NCBI GenBank assembly: GCA_035221665.1
Contig: CM069139.1
Location: forward strand, 56,296,001-56,360,000
Direction of reading: 5' to 3'
Origin: Okamejei kenojei
Lineage: Eukaryota
DNA: 64,000 nt
How positions within the stretch are numbered: position 1 is the first letter of the stretch; the number at the start of each line of letters is the position of its first letter. Made by a program: the position numbers and the translations under genes. Under the pieces are notes generated by a model, which was given only the letters and a program-made list of their open reading frames with translations, was not told the DNA's origin and ran no database searches. This document shows, piece after piece, positions 23,791 through 37,139 of the stretch.

Positions 23791-25016
23791 ATGAAATGCC
23801 TTTCTTCGAAACTTATGCCCCCATTGAAGTTCAGAACTTCAGATACTTTGGTCCATCTAGTTGTACACCGAATGAATCAAAACATTGAAAATAAATAGAA
23901 ACATAGAAAATAGGTGCACTAGTAGGCCATTCGGCCATTCGAGCCTGCACCGCCATTCAATATGAACATGGCTGATCATCCAAATATTTGTTAACTTCAC
24001 ACGACCTCTGCATGTCGAGAGCGTTTAATACCAGACGCGATGGTTAAAGTAGATACAAAAAATGTACAACAAATTAAGGTTAGCGGTATGGACATGTAGG
24101 CAAACACAGGAGAATAATTCCTAAAAACTGCAGACATTGGAACGCTCTGTACGATATAGGTTTTCAATATAAATTATAAGATTAACGCTATGCAATTAGT
24201 TGTTATTAGACAGCGCCAAAAGTAATGGTATTTTAAAAGAAAATATACAAATTCAGTCCATCATATTTCTGTCCACGGCATTCACCAAGCAGCCAGTGCT
24301 AAAACGCACATTTTCAAACAGAAAGTATCTTCTATCTCGTGAAGAGGAAAAATTGCTCAATTATTAAGTGTCTTTAAGGGGGGTAACAGTCACATAAGGG
24401 GTTCGACCCTCTCATTCCGCAGCCGGTTTGATTAAACCATAAATGGTAATAAAATGTAAATAATTCTACATAAAATACTCCATAACGGCAGTGTAAATAA
24501 TGTGGGCGGAGGATGAACGAACAGGGGTTTGTTTTGTATCTTCACACACAAATCTGAAAACAAGCAACTTAATTCTTGATTTGTCAGGGGTTATGGTGAG
24601 AAGGCATGAGAACGGGGTTGGCAGGGACAGATGGAACAGCCATGTTTCAATTGTGGAGTAGACTCGATGGGCCGAATGGCCTAATTCTGCTCCTAGAACT
24701 TACGAACGGTATCGCGCGGAATATTCGCCAGTTCGTTGGTCTTAAAGTCTCGAAGGAGCTCGGTGGAACATTTTAAAATGCACAACAGAATTGGCGAGGT
24801 GAAACAGCATGCCTATGATTCGACAATGTGTAACGCACGCTGAGCTCATTCTGATTTTCGGTACGTTGTAAACTCCACCAGACAGCTTCCGAAACGGAGC
24901 GGGTAGCGGGGCGCTCCGCGTCCACGGGAGCCATCCCTGGCGTGCTTGGGTCGGCCTCGGGCCGCTTCACCTTCGAGCCGACCGCAGGAGGAGAATAGCG
25001 AGCCTGCCCTCCCATC

Positions 25017-25854
25017 TCACACATAAGCAGAGTCGCTGGACTGAGTTCGCCCGAAGTTGGGCACCCCGATTCTGTGCGGCGAGTCTTTGTTCCTGATCTC
25101 GTATATGGATTTGCGCCGCTCCTGCGCCCCCCTCACCGCCGTTTTGATCTTCCTCCAGCCCAAGTGGTTCAACTCTGCCAGATTGAGGATCACGCAAAGA
25201 CCACTCACGGCGAACATGAAGACGAGGAAGACAGTCTTCTCCGTGGGTCTGGACACGTAGCACTCGACCATCTTCACGCACGGGTATCGGTTACACTCGT
25301 ACATGGACGGCACCTTGAACCCGTAGAGGAAGTACTGGCCCATCAAGAAACCAATCTCCAAAGCATTCCTGAAAACAACCTGGATGATGTAGAAACGCGA
25401 GATCCCTTCCTGCCGTCGAATCTTTGACATTTTGCTGTTCCTCGCAGCCGAGTTTTGCATTTCTTTAACTTCTAAAAAGTCCGACTGCATCTCCTTGGTG
25501 AAAAATTCCGAGTTCTGCAGCACCCCGTTCACTGGGGTGTTTTTGATCTTGTTGTCTTCTCTCTTCTTGTCTTTGTCCAAGGAGATGAATACGGTGGAGT
25601 ACTGTCTCTCCCGCTGTTTGGAGGACTGGTGCACTGAGTACGTTATAAAGCAGAGGCTAGGAGTGCACACCATGATGATCTGGAAGACCCAGTACCGTAT
25701 ATGTGAGATGGGAAACGCTTTGTCGTAACAAGCCTGGTTACAGCCCGGCTGGAGGGTGTTGCATACAAACATGGTCTGCTCGTCATCATACACTGTCTCG
25801 CCCACGATGGCCACCACCAAGATTCGGAAAATCACTACCACTGTCAGCAAGATC
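25017..25854 (-). CDS. gjd2: Gap junction delta-2 (connexin 35/36), coding exon 2
   Basis: Acceptor tctcctcgcAG. Connexin motifs [26 protein letters not shown]...[15 protein letters not shown]-type sites RQYS and RRKS, C-terminal SAYV, TGA at 25017-25019. 71+838 bp gives 302 aa plus stop. Confidence 0.98.
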
Positions 25855-26009
25855 CTGCGAGGAGAGATACAGATAATCCGAGTCACTCAGTCTCTCTCAT
25901 ACATTACCAGACATCCACAGTACCGCGCTGCGAGTCTTTGCCGCACACTAAAACCACTTTTATAAACCCCCACCCCGAACCAGTTAGAAATAAAAAGCAC
26001 CAAGAATCG

Positions 26010-26392
26010 TAAAATGTAGACACGAGAAACTGCAGGAAACTGCTGAAATCTCGAACAAAACACAAAGCTCTGGAGGAATTCGGCGGGTCGGGCAGCATCC
26101 GTGGAGGGAACGGATCGGCGACGTTTCGAGAAGACTTTTCCCTTTCAAGACGTTGCCTGGCCCACTGAGTTCCTCCAGCACCTTGTGTTTTGACCAACGG
26201 TTGTTAACTTTGGAGGAGAAGCTTCAAAGGACAAAAGGACACAACGTGCTGAAGCATCTTTGGAGAACACGGCCGAGACCCGAAACATCGGTTATACGTG
26301 TTCTCCAGAGATGCTGCCTGACACGCCGAGTTACTCCAGCACTTTGTGTCCTTTTGTGTATTAACCAGCATCCGAAGTTCTTTGTGTCTACA
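26010..26392. repeat. Two adjacent fold-back Penelope-terminus repeats within the gjd2 intron
   Basis: CACAAAGCTCTGGAGGAATTCGGCGGG ... CCCACTGAGTTCCTCCAGCACCTTGTG, and a second unit containing GAGACCCGAAACATC...GAGTTACTCCAGCAC. Confidence 0.65.
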
Positions 26393-26726
26393 GTGTTACA
26401 CCGCAATGTACATATCCATCGATCAATGTACATATCCATCAACGCACATATCCGTACAAATCCATATTTCGCGAAAGATAATTCATGCAATCGTTACCAT
26501 TCGCGTCTTTACTTTTACCCTATCTGCTTGCTACAAGGTACCTTTGAAAATTCCTGGATTTGAGACGTTCGACTACGTGGATTGAAAAGACGCTACTGAT
26601 AAAGTTAACCGTCATTATGGATACATAATAATGGATTAAAGTCTTCGGAATGAGTGCTACACCCGATGGGAGTACGCCGCGTTAAAGGTTCATTTGCTGA
26701 TTTTGCAGATCTTGGCAATCCGCTTA

Positions 26727-26864
<138 letters not shown>

Positions 26865-28879
26865 TTATTCTCTATGAAACTACACCAAAAAAAAAATCTG
26901 TCCAAACCGTCCCCTTTAGCACGGCTGGTCGAAGTGTCAACGCAGAACTGTACCTGGCATCTCAGCGCCTTCCCGTCCTTAGTCTGAAGTGCCGATTAAT
27001 TTAATCTCATTCGCTTTGGAGAGGAGGATGAAACGGTCCGAATGGGGGAAGGTGGTATTTAGAGTCATGCGGGTTTTAATCTTCCTTTAAATACTTTCGC
27101 CCTGCGTCACGCACAGGCAGGTTTTTTTTTGTGGACATCAGCTAAATGAGGAAGGATTTTCACGATTTCATTATTTTGAAATATCCCAGGACAGATTAAT
27201 TTGCATTGTAATCTTATATTCCCCAAATAACTGGCGTGCACACTGCACGGTTTAAAGCAAAGCCAAATGCAAAAATCGTAAACCCGAGCGGCTCATTGAA
27301 CACAGCGATCGTTCCCTGTGGTGACACGCCCTACCCCCTACTTGCAGCCTGAAGAAGACGCCCCATGCTTTTTCTCCAGCGATGCTGCCTGACCCGCTGA
27401 GTTACTCCACCACTTTGTTTACATCTTTGATGACACGATCGCGACATATTTGAGTTAATATTAAACACAGAGAGAGATACAACGTCATTGGAGTAATGAG
27501 ACGCTCTGATTGAAGCTCCCGTTGTGGTCTGAAGCCTGTAAATCAACATTCAAATTTGGGGGGAAAACACAAAGAGCTGGAATAACTCGGCTGGTCAGCA
27601 GCATCTACCGACGTTTCGGGCCGAGACCCTCTCTGGAGGGAAAGGACGGTGAGGCGATGTTTTGGATTGGGAAAATGCTGGTGCTCGCCAGCCCGACCCC
27701 GAAACGTCACCTATCCATGTTCGCCAAGATGCTGCGGAGTTAATGCGATCCGGCACTTTGTAGTTTTGGACTCAAGATTCCAACAAGTGTTGCATTTCTG
27801 CGGTTGCAAGGGAAAGTTCCTTGTGTCTATGATGTTGCCAAAGTATCTGGAGTGGAAAGGAACTGCAGTGCTGGAATAGGGGATTTTAGTTTAGTTTAGA
27901 GATACGGTCAGGAGCGTGGAAACAAGGAATGGTAGGGAAGTGGTCGTTCGGTATTTGAGTTCGGCCCACTGAGTCAGCACATGCCAGCGACGATCCGTTC
28001 ACACTAGTTCTATCCTGCACACTAGGGGGCAATTTTACAGAATTCTTAGAGGATTGGACAGGCTAGATGCAGTAAAAATGTTCCCGATGTTGAGGGAGTC
28101 CGGAGTCCCCAGGGGTCACAGTTTAAGAATAAGGGGCAGGCCACTTAGGACTGAGATGAGGAAAACCCAGAGAGTTGTGAATATGTGGAATTCTCTGCCA
28201 CAGAAGGCAAGGGAGGCCAATTCACTTGAGAAAGAGCTAGATTTGGCTCTTAGGGCTAAGGGAATCTAGGGATATCAGGGCTGCCAACTCTCACACATTG
28301 AGCGTGAGACTAACGCATTTGAGGAATTTCTCATGCTCTCACGCTGATGACAGAAGTTCTCACGCTCAAAAAAATATTTAAAAAAAAATATGAATAAATA
28401 AATAAAGTCACACTCCTCCACACTCACCAATGAGAATAGTTTTTTGTCGGCGGGTTCCCCATAAAGAAAATGGCAATGTAGTCAAAAATGCTGGAGAAAC
28501 TCAGCGGGTGAAGCAGCTGACTGACTTTGATGTCTGACTTTGACCCTTCTTCAGACTCAAGCATTTCTCCAGCATTTTTGTCTACCACTCTATATATGCT
28601 GCCTCACCCGCATTCACATTCCCTTGCAGATGGTGCGATAGGTGAGACACGGCGGTGAACCCAGCACCGACCACCCCCCCCCCCCCCCCCCCAAGGCACT
28701 GCTCACACCTCCCACCCTCACCTCCAGCGGCTCTGTGTCCGGCGGCCGCTCTGTCCACACCGCATGGAGTTTTAACCCCGGCCTGGAGCCAGGAGCGGAC
28801 CGGGTGAGTGGGGGGGGGTTGGTGCTGCCTCCGGAGCCGCGGGGATGAATCTCGGGTTATAGCTCCGCTCTGATGCTGG

Positions 28880-29200
28880 ACCCCTGGGCCACTGTCCCTC
28901 ACCTCCCCCGGAACCCCAGGTCACTGACCCTCACCTCCCCGTACCCCCGGGTCAATGACCCTCACCTCCCCTGGAACCCCGGGTCACTGACCCTCACCTC
29001 CCCGGACCCCCGGGTCACTGACCCTCACCTCCCCCGGAACCCCGGGTCACTGACCCTCACCTCCCCCGGACCCCCGGGTCACTGACCCTCACCTCCCCTG
29101 GACCCCCAGGTCACTGACTCTCACTTCCTCCAGACCCCCGGGTCACTGACCCTCACCTCCCCCGGACCCCCGGGTCACTGACCCTCACCTCCCCCAGACC
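28880..29200. repeat. Minisatellite, ~30-31 bp unit (CCCCGGGTCACTGACCCTCACCTCCCCCGGA), ~10 copies
   Basis: Direct tandem repeats visible in the sequence. Confidence 0.95.
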
Positions 29201-29942
29201 CCAGCTGGACACAGAGCACCTGGGCCGGCCTACATTCCCGGGAGGGGGGGAGAGGGAAATGCACCCCGGACATCGCCAAGTCTCCGTTCACTCCGGGTGT
29301 TGTCGCCGCTTCACTGACCCACACTCTCACACACAACCTAACACACACCCTTACACACTCACTGGCACACACAAGGTTTAAGGGGATATGGGACAAATGC
29401 GGATAAATGGGACTAGTTTAGATGGGGCATCTTGATCTGCATGGACAAGTTGGGATGAAGGGCCTGTTTCCATGCTGTAAGACTGTAGAAAGGGTGCAAT
29501 TGCTCTGGAGTGGACCCAGGGGCGATTTATGAACATATTGGCAGGCTGGAATTTTTTTTCACTTTGAAGAAAGATTTGATAACTGGGATTGTATTATCTG
29601 CAGCAACAGAGGTCAAGAAAATACTTAGTTGAGGTGAATAATATTATGAGAATAGGACCTGTTTTGCTTAACAAAGAGTGTAAGAAGGAACTGCAGATGG
29701 TGGTTTAAACTGAAGATGGACACTAAAAGTTGGAATAACTCAGCAGGCAGGCAGTATCTCTGGAGAGAAAGAATAGGTGATGCTCGGGTTGAGACCTTCA
29801 GACTGAAGAGGTTGAAAACCAGCCATAAAACACAATGACTGGAGATGTGTGTTATCCAACTAAGGGCAGAAATCAGAATCATGTGTTCATCTTTATTGAC
29901 GTGACATCATAATAAATATATAACATTAAAAAAAGAATTTAA

Positions 29943-30225
29943 TGGGGTGGCATGGTGGCGCAGCGGTAGAGTTGCTGCCTTACAGCAACACAGACCCAGA
30001 TTTTATCCTGACTACGGTTGCTGTCTGTACAGTATTTGGACATTCTCCTTATGACCACATGGTTTTCTCTGGATATTCCAATTTCTCCCATATCCGAAAG
30101 AAGTGCAGGTTTGTAGGTTAGTTGGCTTCTGTAAATTGTCCCTGCGTGTAGGATACAACTGGTGAATGGTAGAATGCTGGTCGGTGTGGACTTGGTGGGC
30201 CGAAGGGCCTGTTTCCATGTATATG
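29943..30225 (+). mobile_element. HE1/V-SINE-like SINE nested in the DNA transposon
   Basis: GGCATGGTGGCGCAGCGGTAGAGTTGCTGCC head and family tail. Confidence 0.8.
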
Positions 30226-31261
30226 TTTTACATATATATCTTAATTTCATTGAACCATATACGGTTGAATATGCGGCATTATTTTCATCTTGTTTCTAAG
30301 GGTAAGGTTGATTGATTTATTTGTGCAGAACAATTGATTTATTGTGCAGTGATGGAAGTCTGACTTCTCTTGCCTTGTTTCTATGTTTTTGTTTCTATAC
30401 ATATATGCATAGCAGCATGAATTATAATCTGATTTCCATACATGAATATACTAAGGTCATTCATGTGCTGCACCTGTTGATCAGAGCCTGGCTCTACTGT
30501 GGAATGTTATTAGGAATGTAATTTAGCCTAACCTTATTCATACCTAATCCAATTTGAATCATAAATGTTGCATTCAAGTGTAAGTTAAAAGACTCGTTAC
30601 AGTATGCACCAGATTGCACAATTTCAATCTGAAAAATGCAAAACCTCCCTACTGTGAAAGGGGGGACAACCCCCTCCCACACCTATCTGCCCTCCCTCCC
30701 CCCCCCCACCCCCGTCGGTCGCTACGCACCCTCGCAATTTCTCACTCTCAACTCTCACCCAATGTTGGCAGCCCTGGGATATTGGGAAAAAGCTGGAACA
30801 TGGTACTGATTTTAGATGATCAGCCATGGTCATATTGAATAGCAGTGCTGTCTCAAAGGGCTGAATGGCCTACTCCTGCACCTATTTTTCTATGTTTCTA
30901 TGTTTAGTTTAATTTAGAGATACAGGTAGGAAACAGGCCCTTCGGCCCACCAAGTCCGCGCCAACCAGTGATCCCAGTTACACTATTCAACATACACCGG
31001 GGATGATTTTTACAATTATACCAAGCCAATTAACCTAGAAACCTCCACGTCTCTGGAGTGTGGGTGGAAAACAGAAATCCTGGAGAATGGCTGCGAGGAT
31101 AACCTGCTCCTGTTCTGATTTGGGGATTCTGGGGTGACGGATGTGGCCAATGTGGAGAATAGACTCTTCCACAGACAGGGGGGTTAGTTAGTGAGGTGGT
31201 CCCTCTGTATGCTGCTATTGCACAGACTGGTGCACAAACATGACAGGCTGAAGGGCCCATT

Positions 31262-31452
31262 CCTGTAGAAACAATGAACTGCAGATGCTGGTTCATAGCA
31301 AAGATAAACACAAAGCATCTCGGGACTAAAACCTATGGGTGACGCTTCAGGTCGGGTCTGAAGAAGGGTCTCGACCTGAAACATCACCCATCCTTTTTTC
31401 TCCAGAGATGCTGCCTGACCCATTGAGTTAGCCCAGCACTTTGTATCTATCT
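31262..31452. repeat. Fold-back Penelope-terminus repeat with intact-looking hammerhead core
   Basis: GGGT-CTGAAGA-A-GGGTC-TC-GACCT-GAAAC-ATC-ACCC at 31354-31389. Confidence 0.7.
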
Positions 31453-31479
31453 GAGGCCCCACTCCCGTGCTGCATTGTT

Positions 31480-31812
<333 letters not shown>

Positions 31813-32337
31813 TCATTACCATTCTCAATGCTCCTTCACTTTCCGCAGTCCAGGGTTGGAAATTCCCAGAAGTGAGGGGGTTGCTGCATTTTTCGAGGAG
31901 GCTTTGAGCACATCAATGCATCCGTTTCTCTGTCTACCAACAATCTCTTCCCATTACAGAGCTCGGAATAGAGTGTGTTAAGATTCTGGTGTTGAGCATG
32001 TTTGATGCTAGATTTCAAATATATTTAAGGATTGAAATAATTTAAAGAGACAAATTAGGATCTAGATTAGGCCACTTGGCTCTTCTAGTCTGCACTGCTA
32101 TTTGAGAAGATCATGGCTGCTGGTTGAAATTTAAAAAATATGTTAAATAAATACAGGTGGTTGGTACTTCTGGAGCCCTTTCACTACTCTTAGTGAAATT
32201 AATTTATAAATTTGCTTTAACTGTAACAGAAACAAAAAAATTGGTTCAGCTATAACTTCCAAAAGATTGCCACATTACCCATCACTTTTAGAAATTTCAA
32301 CCAAATCTCGACTCGTGTTCTTGAAAGGGATATCTTC

Positions 32338-32715
32338 CAGGGATGACTAGGTTAACATATGATGATTGTTTGACAGCATTGGACCTGCACTCGATGGTGT
32401 TTGGAAGGATGAACATCATTGAAACTTACCAAATAATGAAAGGCTTGGGCAGAGTGGATGTGGAAAGGATGTTTCCATTTGTGGGAGAGTCTAGAGGCAG
32501 AGGGCACAGACTCAGAGTAAAAGGATGTACCATTAGAGAGGAGATGAGGAGGAATTCCTTTCATTGCCACAGACAGCTGTGGAGGCCAAGTCATTGGGTG
32601 TTTCTAAAGCAGTGTGACAGATTCTTGATTAGTAAGGGTGTCAAAGATAGATCAGCCATGTTTGAATGGTGTAGACTCGATGGGCCAAATGTCCTAATTC
32701 TGCTCCTATAACTTA
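32338..32715 (+). mobile_element. CR1 3' fragment
   Basis: ORF 32343-32711 (IETYQIMKGLGRVDVERMFP). Confidence 0.75.
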
Positions 32716-34672
32716 CTGACATATTTTGTCTAAATTCAACAATGGCACTGGAAATAAATGGTTTTTTTTTGTGTGTGGCAACCTTTTGTGTGATTAGAGC
32801 TGGTCACAGGAATGAAAACTAGGCCAATCCTCCATCTGCAGCGTTTTGTCGCGGAAATTACAGTTAAAATATCTAGAGAGCTTTTCATTGTAACGGGATT
32901 AACAGATATGAAAGTATCAATGAACAGTTTTTCTCATTCATGAGTTTAGATAACAATTTTAATTAATTGTCAAGACACAAACACAACAATCAAATAAGCT
33001 GCTTGAAGCCAAATCTTCTCAGCCCCAAAGTATGAGTCCAGGAAGCTTTTAGGGTGGGGAGTCAGGCACAGCCATCTTCAATTATATCGCCAGTGACCTT
33101 TCACTGTTATATGGTCTGAAGTGACCATGTTCACTGCACAATGTTCAGTTCCATTCATATATCTCAGATATCAATGTGATTCATGCAGTAAAATCCAGAC
33201 ACAGTCTCCTAATATTGTTGGCCAATTCATCAATGGATTTTCCAGAAATTCTCTTATTCCATTCCCTTCCCAACATGTCACAAACTCTTTTATTTTGGAG
33301 CTGGTATGTGGCAAATGATGATAATGCCAGCTAAGTTCCTGGCAATAATGGTCTATGAACAGGAAAGAGGCCGACCATCGCCTGTTGATATTCAATGGCA
33401 CTGTCATTGTAATAAACATCCTGCAACATCCTTGGCAACTAAATGCTGTGCGGATTTAGGTGTGCAAGAAGAGATTAACTTTGCAAACCCTTTGTACCAT
33501 CTACAAGACAGAGAAGTCAGCGGATGTGCATGATAGCAATCTTGTCACTTGCCTGGGGAAATGCTGATCCAACAACAGTCAATAAGTTTAAGCTGCACAA
33601 CTACTGTGGGTGGATTTATCGTGAATTTCGGCATCCTCCTTATATTCAGTCTGAAGAATGGTCCCGACCGAAACATCACATCCATATTCTCCCGAGATGT
33701 GTTGAGATACTCCATCATTTTGTGTCTTTCTTTGGTATAAACCAACATCTGCAAAACGAAAATAAATTATAAAAGTGTAAAAGTGTCTGAGAATTTAATT
33801 AGGAGTGTAATTATTTCCTCTTCAGTTTATTTCTCTTTCATACCTCCCCATACTAATTCAACAATTAAAAAAAAGTTGTTTTAGCTATTCTGCTCAGACA
33901 GGATGTTGAAGAGAACACCTCTAGTTGCCACACATTGATGGAGATAGTAGCACCCTGAGCATTATGAGCTGAGATGAGATATTCACTTCCGTTTTTTCAG
34001 TTGAGAAATACACAAAGTCAGTTCATTACTATTTAATTTGCATGTTCATTTCTCAGAGAGTGGGATTTTTGAAGTTTTGTAATTTTATTTTGTTTTCATA
34101 CAAAAATCCCTAGGGATGACTCAATCCTCAAATCATCTTCATGAGAAAAAGAATGATCTAAAACACAACAGCTTAGTTATGTTAGTCCTCATTTCTAACC
34201 AAGTATGTGGGTTAATATCTATTTATGTTACTTTAAAGCATTTGGATATAATTCCAATCCATAGCTCCAAGCTTAAATTTACTTTAAAACTATAATTTCA
34301 ATGAATTCCATCTTTATAATCCTGCACTATTGTCTTAGTTACTTCTAACTGACCAAGCCTGGAATTATAACTAATACACTGCTTTGTATACTTCCACATG
34401 TAAACCAACTCTAACATAGTCCAGGGATTGTACAAATAAAGAGGAGAGACAATTACCAGTAAAGTTTATCCAGAAGTTCATCCGTTGAGAAGGAACAGTG
34501 TAATGGTTACTTTATGCAGCTTGAAGTGTACAGTTTGAAAACCATGATGGTTGTTTTCATGAAAGCAAAGAAGATTTATGGTGCTGGAGGCTATTTAGCC
34601 CATTGTGTCTGTGTCAGTCATAAAAGAGCTTCTTAATCTTATTCCACCTGCAGAGCTAAAACCCATAGCTTT

Positions 34673-34908
34673 AGGGCCTGTCCCACTTTCACGACCTCTG
34701 CAGAGTTTGCCCTTGACGCATACTCGCAGCATGGTCGTCACGAGGTTGTAGGAGGTCATAGGTAGGTCATAGGTAGGTCGTAGTAGGCCGTGATGATAGT
34801 CGTAAGTACTCGTGGCATCAAGTAGGTCGGGGCGTTTTTCTAGCCTGATGAAAAATGGCCACGAGTAAAAAAGGTCATGAATTAGGTCGTGAAAGTGGGA
34901 CAGACCCT
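34673..34908. mobile_element. Harbinger-like MITE
   Basis: TIRs AGGG(C/T)CTGTCCCACTTTCACGACCT with TTT on both flanks. Internally related to 13991-14833. Confidence 0.8.
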
Positions 34909-34944
34909 TTTGCAAGTCATGGAACTTCAAATATAGTTTTGTTT

Positions 34945-35252
34945 TGTTTAGTTTAGTTTAGTTTAGAGATACAGTGTGGAAACGGGCCCTTCAGTCCATT
35001 AAGTGCACGCCGAGCAGCGATCACCCGTATGCTAGCACTATCCTACCCCTCGGGACAATTTACAATTTTTACCAAAGCCAATTAATCTACAAACCTGCAC
35101 GTCTTTGGAATGTGGGAAGAAACTGGAACATCCCGAGAAAACCCACGAGAAGAACGCACAACTCCGTACAGACAGCACGCATAATCAGGATCAAACCCGC
35201 GTCTCTGGCGCTGTAAGGCAGCAACTCTACCGATATGCCTCTGTGCCGCCCC
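34945..35252 (-). mobile_element. HE1/V-SINE-like SINE with (TTTAG)n tail
   Basis: Family match to the other SINE copies. Confidence 0.8.
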
Positions 35253-35269
35253 CTAGAACTACGCATCTC

Positions 35270-35676
35270 GCTATAATTTAGAAGATTGAGGGGGGATCTT
35301 ATAGAAACTTACAAAATTCTTAAGGGGTTGGACAGGCTAGATACAGGAAGATTGTTCCCGATGTTGTGGAAGTCCAGAACAAGGGGTCACAGTTTAAGGA
35401 TAAGGGGGAAATCTTTTAGGACCGAGATGAGAAAAACATTTTTCACACAGAGAGTGGTGAGTTTCTGGAATTCTCTGCCACAGAAGGCAGTTGAGGCCAG
35501 TTCATTGGCTATATTGAAGAGGGAGTTAGATGTGGCCCTTGTGGCTAGAGGGATCAGGGGGTATGAAGAGAAGGCAGGTACGGGATACTGAGTTGGATGA
35601 TCAGCCATGGTCATATTGAATGGCGGTGCAGGCTCGAAGGGCAGAATGGCCTACTCCTGCACCTATTTTCTATGTT
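35270..35676 (+). mobile_element. CR1 3' end
   Basis: ORF 35286-35591 (RGDLIETYKILKGLDRLD...FFTQRVV). Confidence 0.85.
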
Positions 35677-36132
35677 TAAATGTGAACATGTCTTCTGTCT
35701 CAACAATCTTTTCTGGCTGTGAGATTTAAATCTCCACCACCCTTACCTCTTTAACCAATTTCATGAAACCTATGCCCTTGGTTTGTACCCCTTGAAATAA
35801 GGAAACAGGTCTTTCCAATTTACTCTAAATAGGTCCCTCATCATTTTACACACCTGAATTCAGTCTCCCTATCTGTCGTGAACAAAGCAGCCTGGGCTTA
35901 TCTAATCCTCTGTCACAGCTGAAACTATCCAGTCCTGATAACATCCTCATATCCTTTCTGCATCCTCTACAGTACAATTCCACTGTTCCTGTAGTGTATC
36001 ACCCAGAACTGTAACCAGTGGCTCGTTCAGTATTGTTCATAAATTATCAGAACAGAATTAGGCCATTCAGCACATCAAGTCTAATCCGCAATTCAATCAT
36101 AGTTGATTATGTGTTTTGTACACAGTTTAAAG

Positions 36133-36652
36133 GTAGACACAAAATGCTGGAGTAACCCAGCGGGACAATCAGCATCTCTGGAGAGAAGGAATGGGTGATG
36201 TTTTGGGTCAAGACCCTTCTTCAGACTGATGTCAGGGGAGGGGGTGGTACAGATTGGTTCAGAGGGGGTGGTACAGAGATAAAATGTAGTCAGAGACAAT
36301 ACTGGGAAGGGAGAGGGGATGGAGAGAGAGGGAAAGCAAGGGCTACTTGAAGTTAGAGAAGTCAATGTTTATACCACTGGGGTGTAAACTACTTGGGTAT
36401 GAACATATTAACATATGAATGGTATGAACATTGACTTCTCTAACTTCAAGTAGCCCTTGCTTTCCCTCTCCCTCCATTCCCTCCCCTTGCCAGTTTTCCC
36501 ACCACTCTTACTGTCTCCGACTACATTTTATCTGTGTACCGCTCACTCCCCATACATCAGTCTGAAGAAGAGTCTCGACCCGAAACATCACCCAATCCTT
36601 CTCTCCAAGATGCTGCTTGTCCTGCTGAGTTACTCCAGCGTTTTGTGTCTAT
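36133..36652. mobile_element. Inverted pair of Penelope 3' ends (~250-bp arms), each with a hammerhead-like core
   Basis: 36133-36395 (minus) mirrors 36421-36652 (plus). Cores at ~36196-36225 (minus) and 36562-36589 (plus, CTGAAGAAGAGTCTCGACCCGAAACATC). Confidence 0.8.
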
Positions 36653-37139
36653 CTTCATAACCATTTTATTCAGCTGCGAGAATCGGTGGCTGTTCCTCCA
36701 AGGACCCTATGTTCTTCCACCCCACTCAATATTCCATTCTGCTTTTCACTCCCCCTAATGCATAACCTTACACATGATTAGTTTAAATTGCATTTGGAAT
36801 TGTTCTCTTTAATTTTGTAGAATCTAAATCTTTAAAAAAAAAACAAATCTACCTTTTGCACATCTGCTGCCATCAACCTTCTGCCCCTCATGATTACTGC
36901 TGCTTGCTGAGGGGCCAGTTCCTGTTCCATGTCATAGACCAGGAGAACTGCTGTCCACAAAATAGGTGAAAACTTTGGCAACCACCTGAGTTATTTCCAT
37001 AGACTCAGCCGGCTGCCAGGCCTGCAAAAAGGCTCAAAACAGATATTCAAATGTTATTAAAGAGTGATAAAATAATTTAAATGTATTGTCATAAAAACAG
37101 TACAAAATTATTATTTTTTAATCACAACAGTAGTTCATA

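Larger units (their letters stand above)
28276..30776. mobile_element. 2.5-kb non-autonomous DNA transposon (hAT-like termini) inserted in a CR1 3' end
   Basis: Perfect 13-bp TIR CAGGGCTGCCAAC/GTTGGCAGCCCTG and 6-bp duplication GGATAT. The CR1 sequence (28043-28275) resumes at 30777-30903. Confidence 0.85.

Noticed and set aside
25855-25886. ORF-track N-terminus [11 protein letters not shown] for the connexin
   Set aside because: Intronic read-through. The true N-terminus is the 71-bp exon at 26798-26728.
28880-29200. Regularly spaced ~30-bp repeats resembling a CRISPR array
   Set aside because: The units are head-to-tail with no unique spacers, the context is eukaryotic and there are no cas genes. 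It is a minisatellite.
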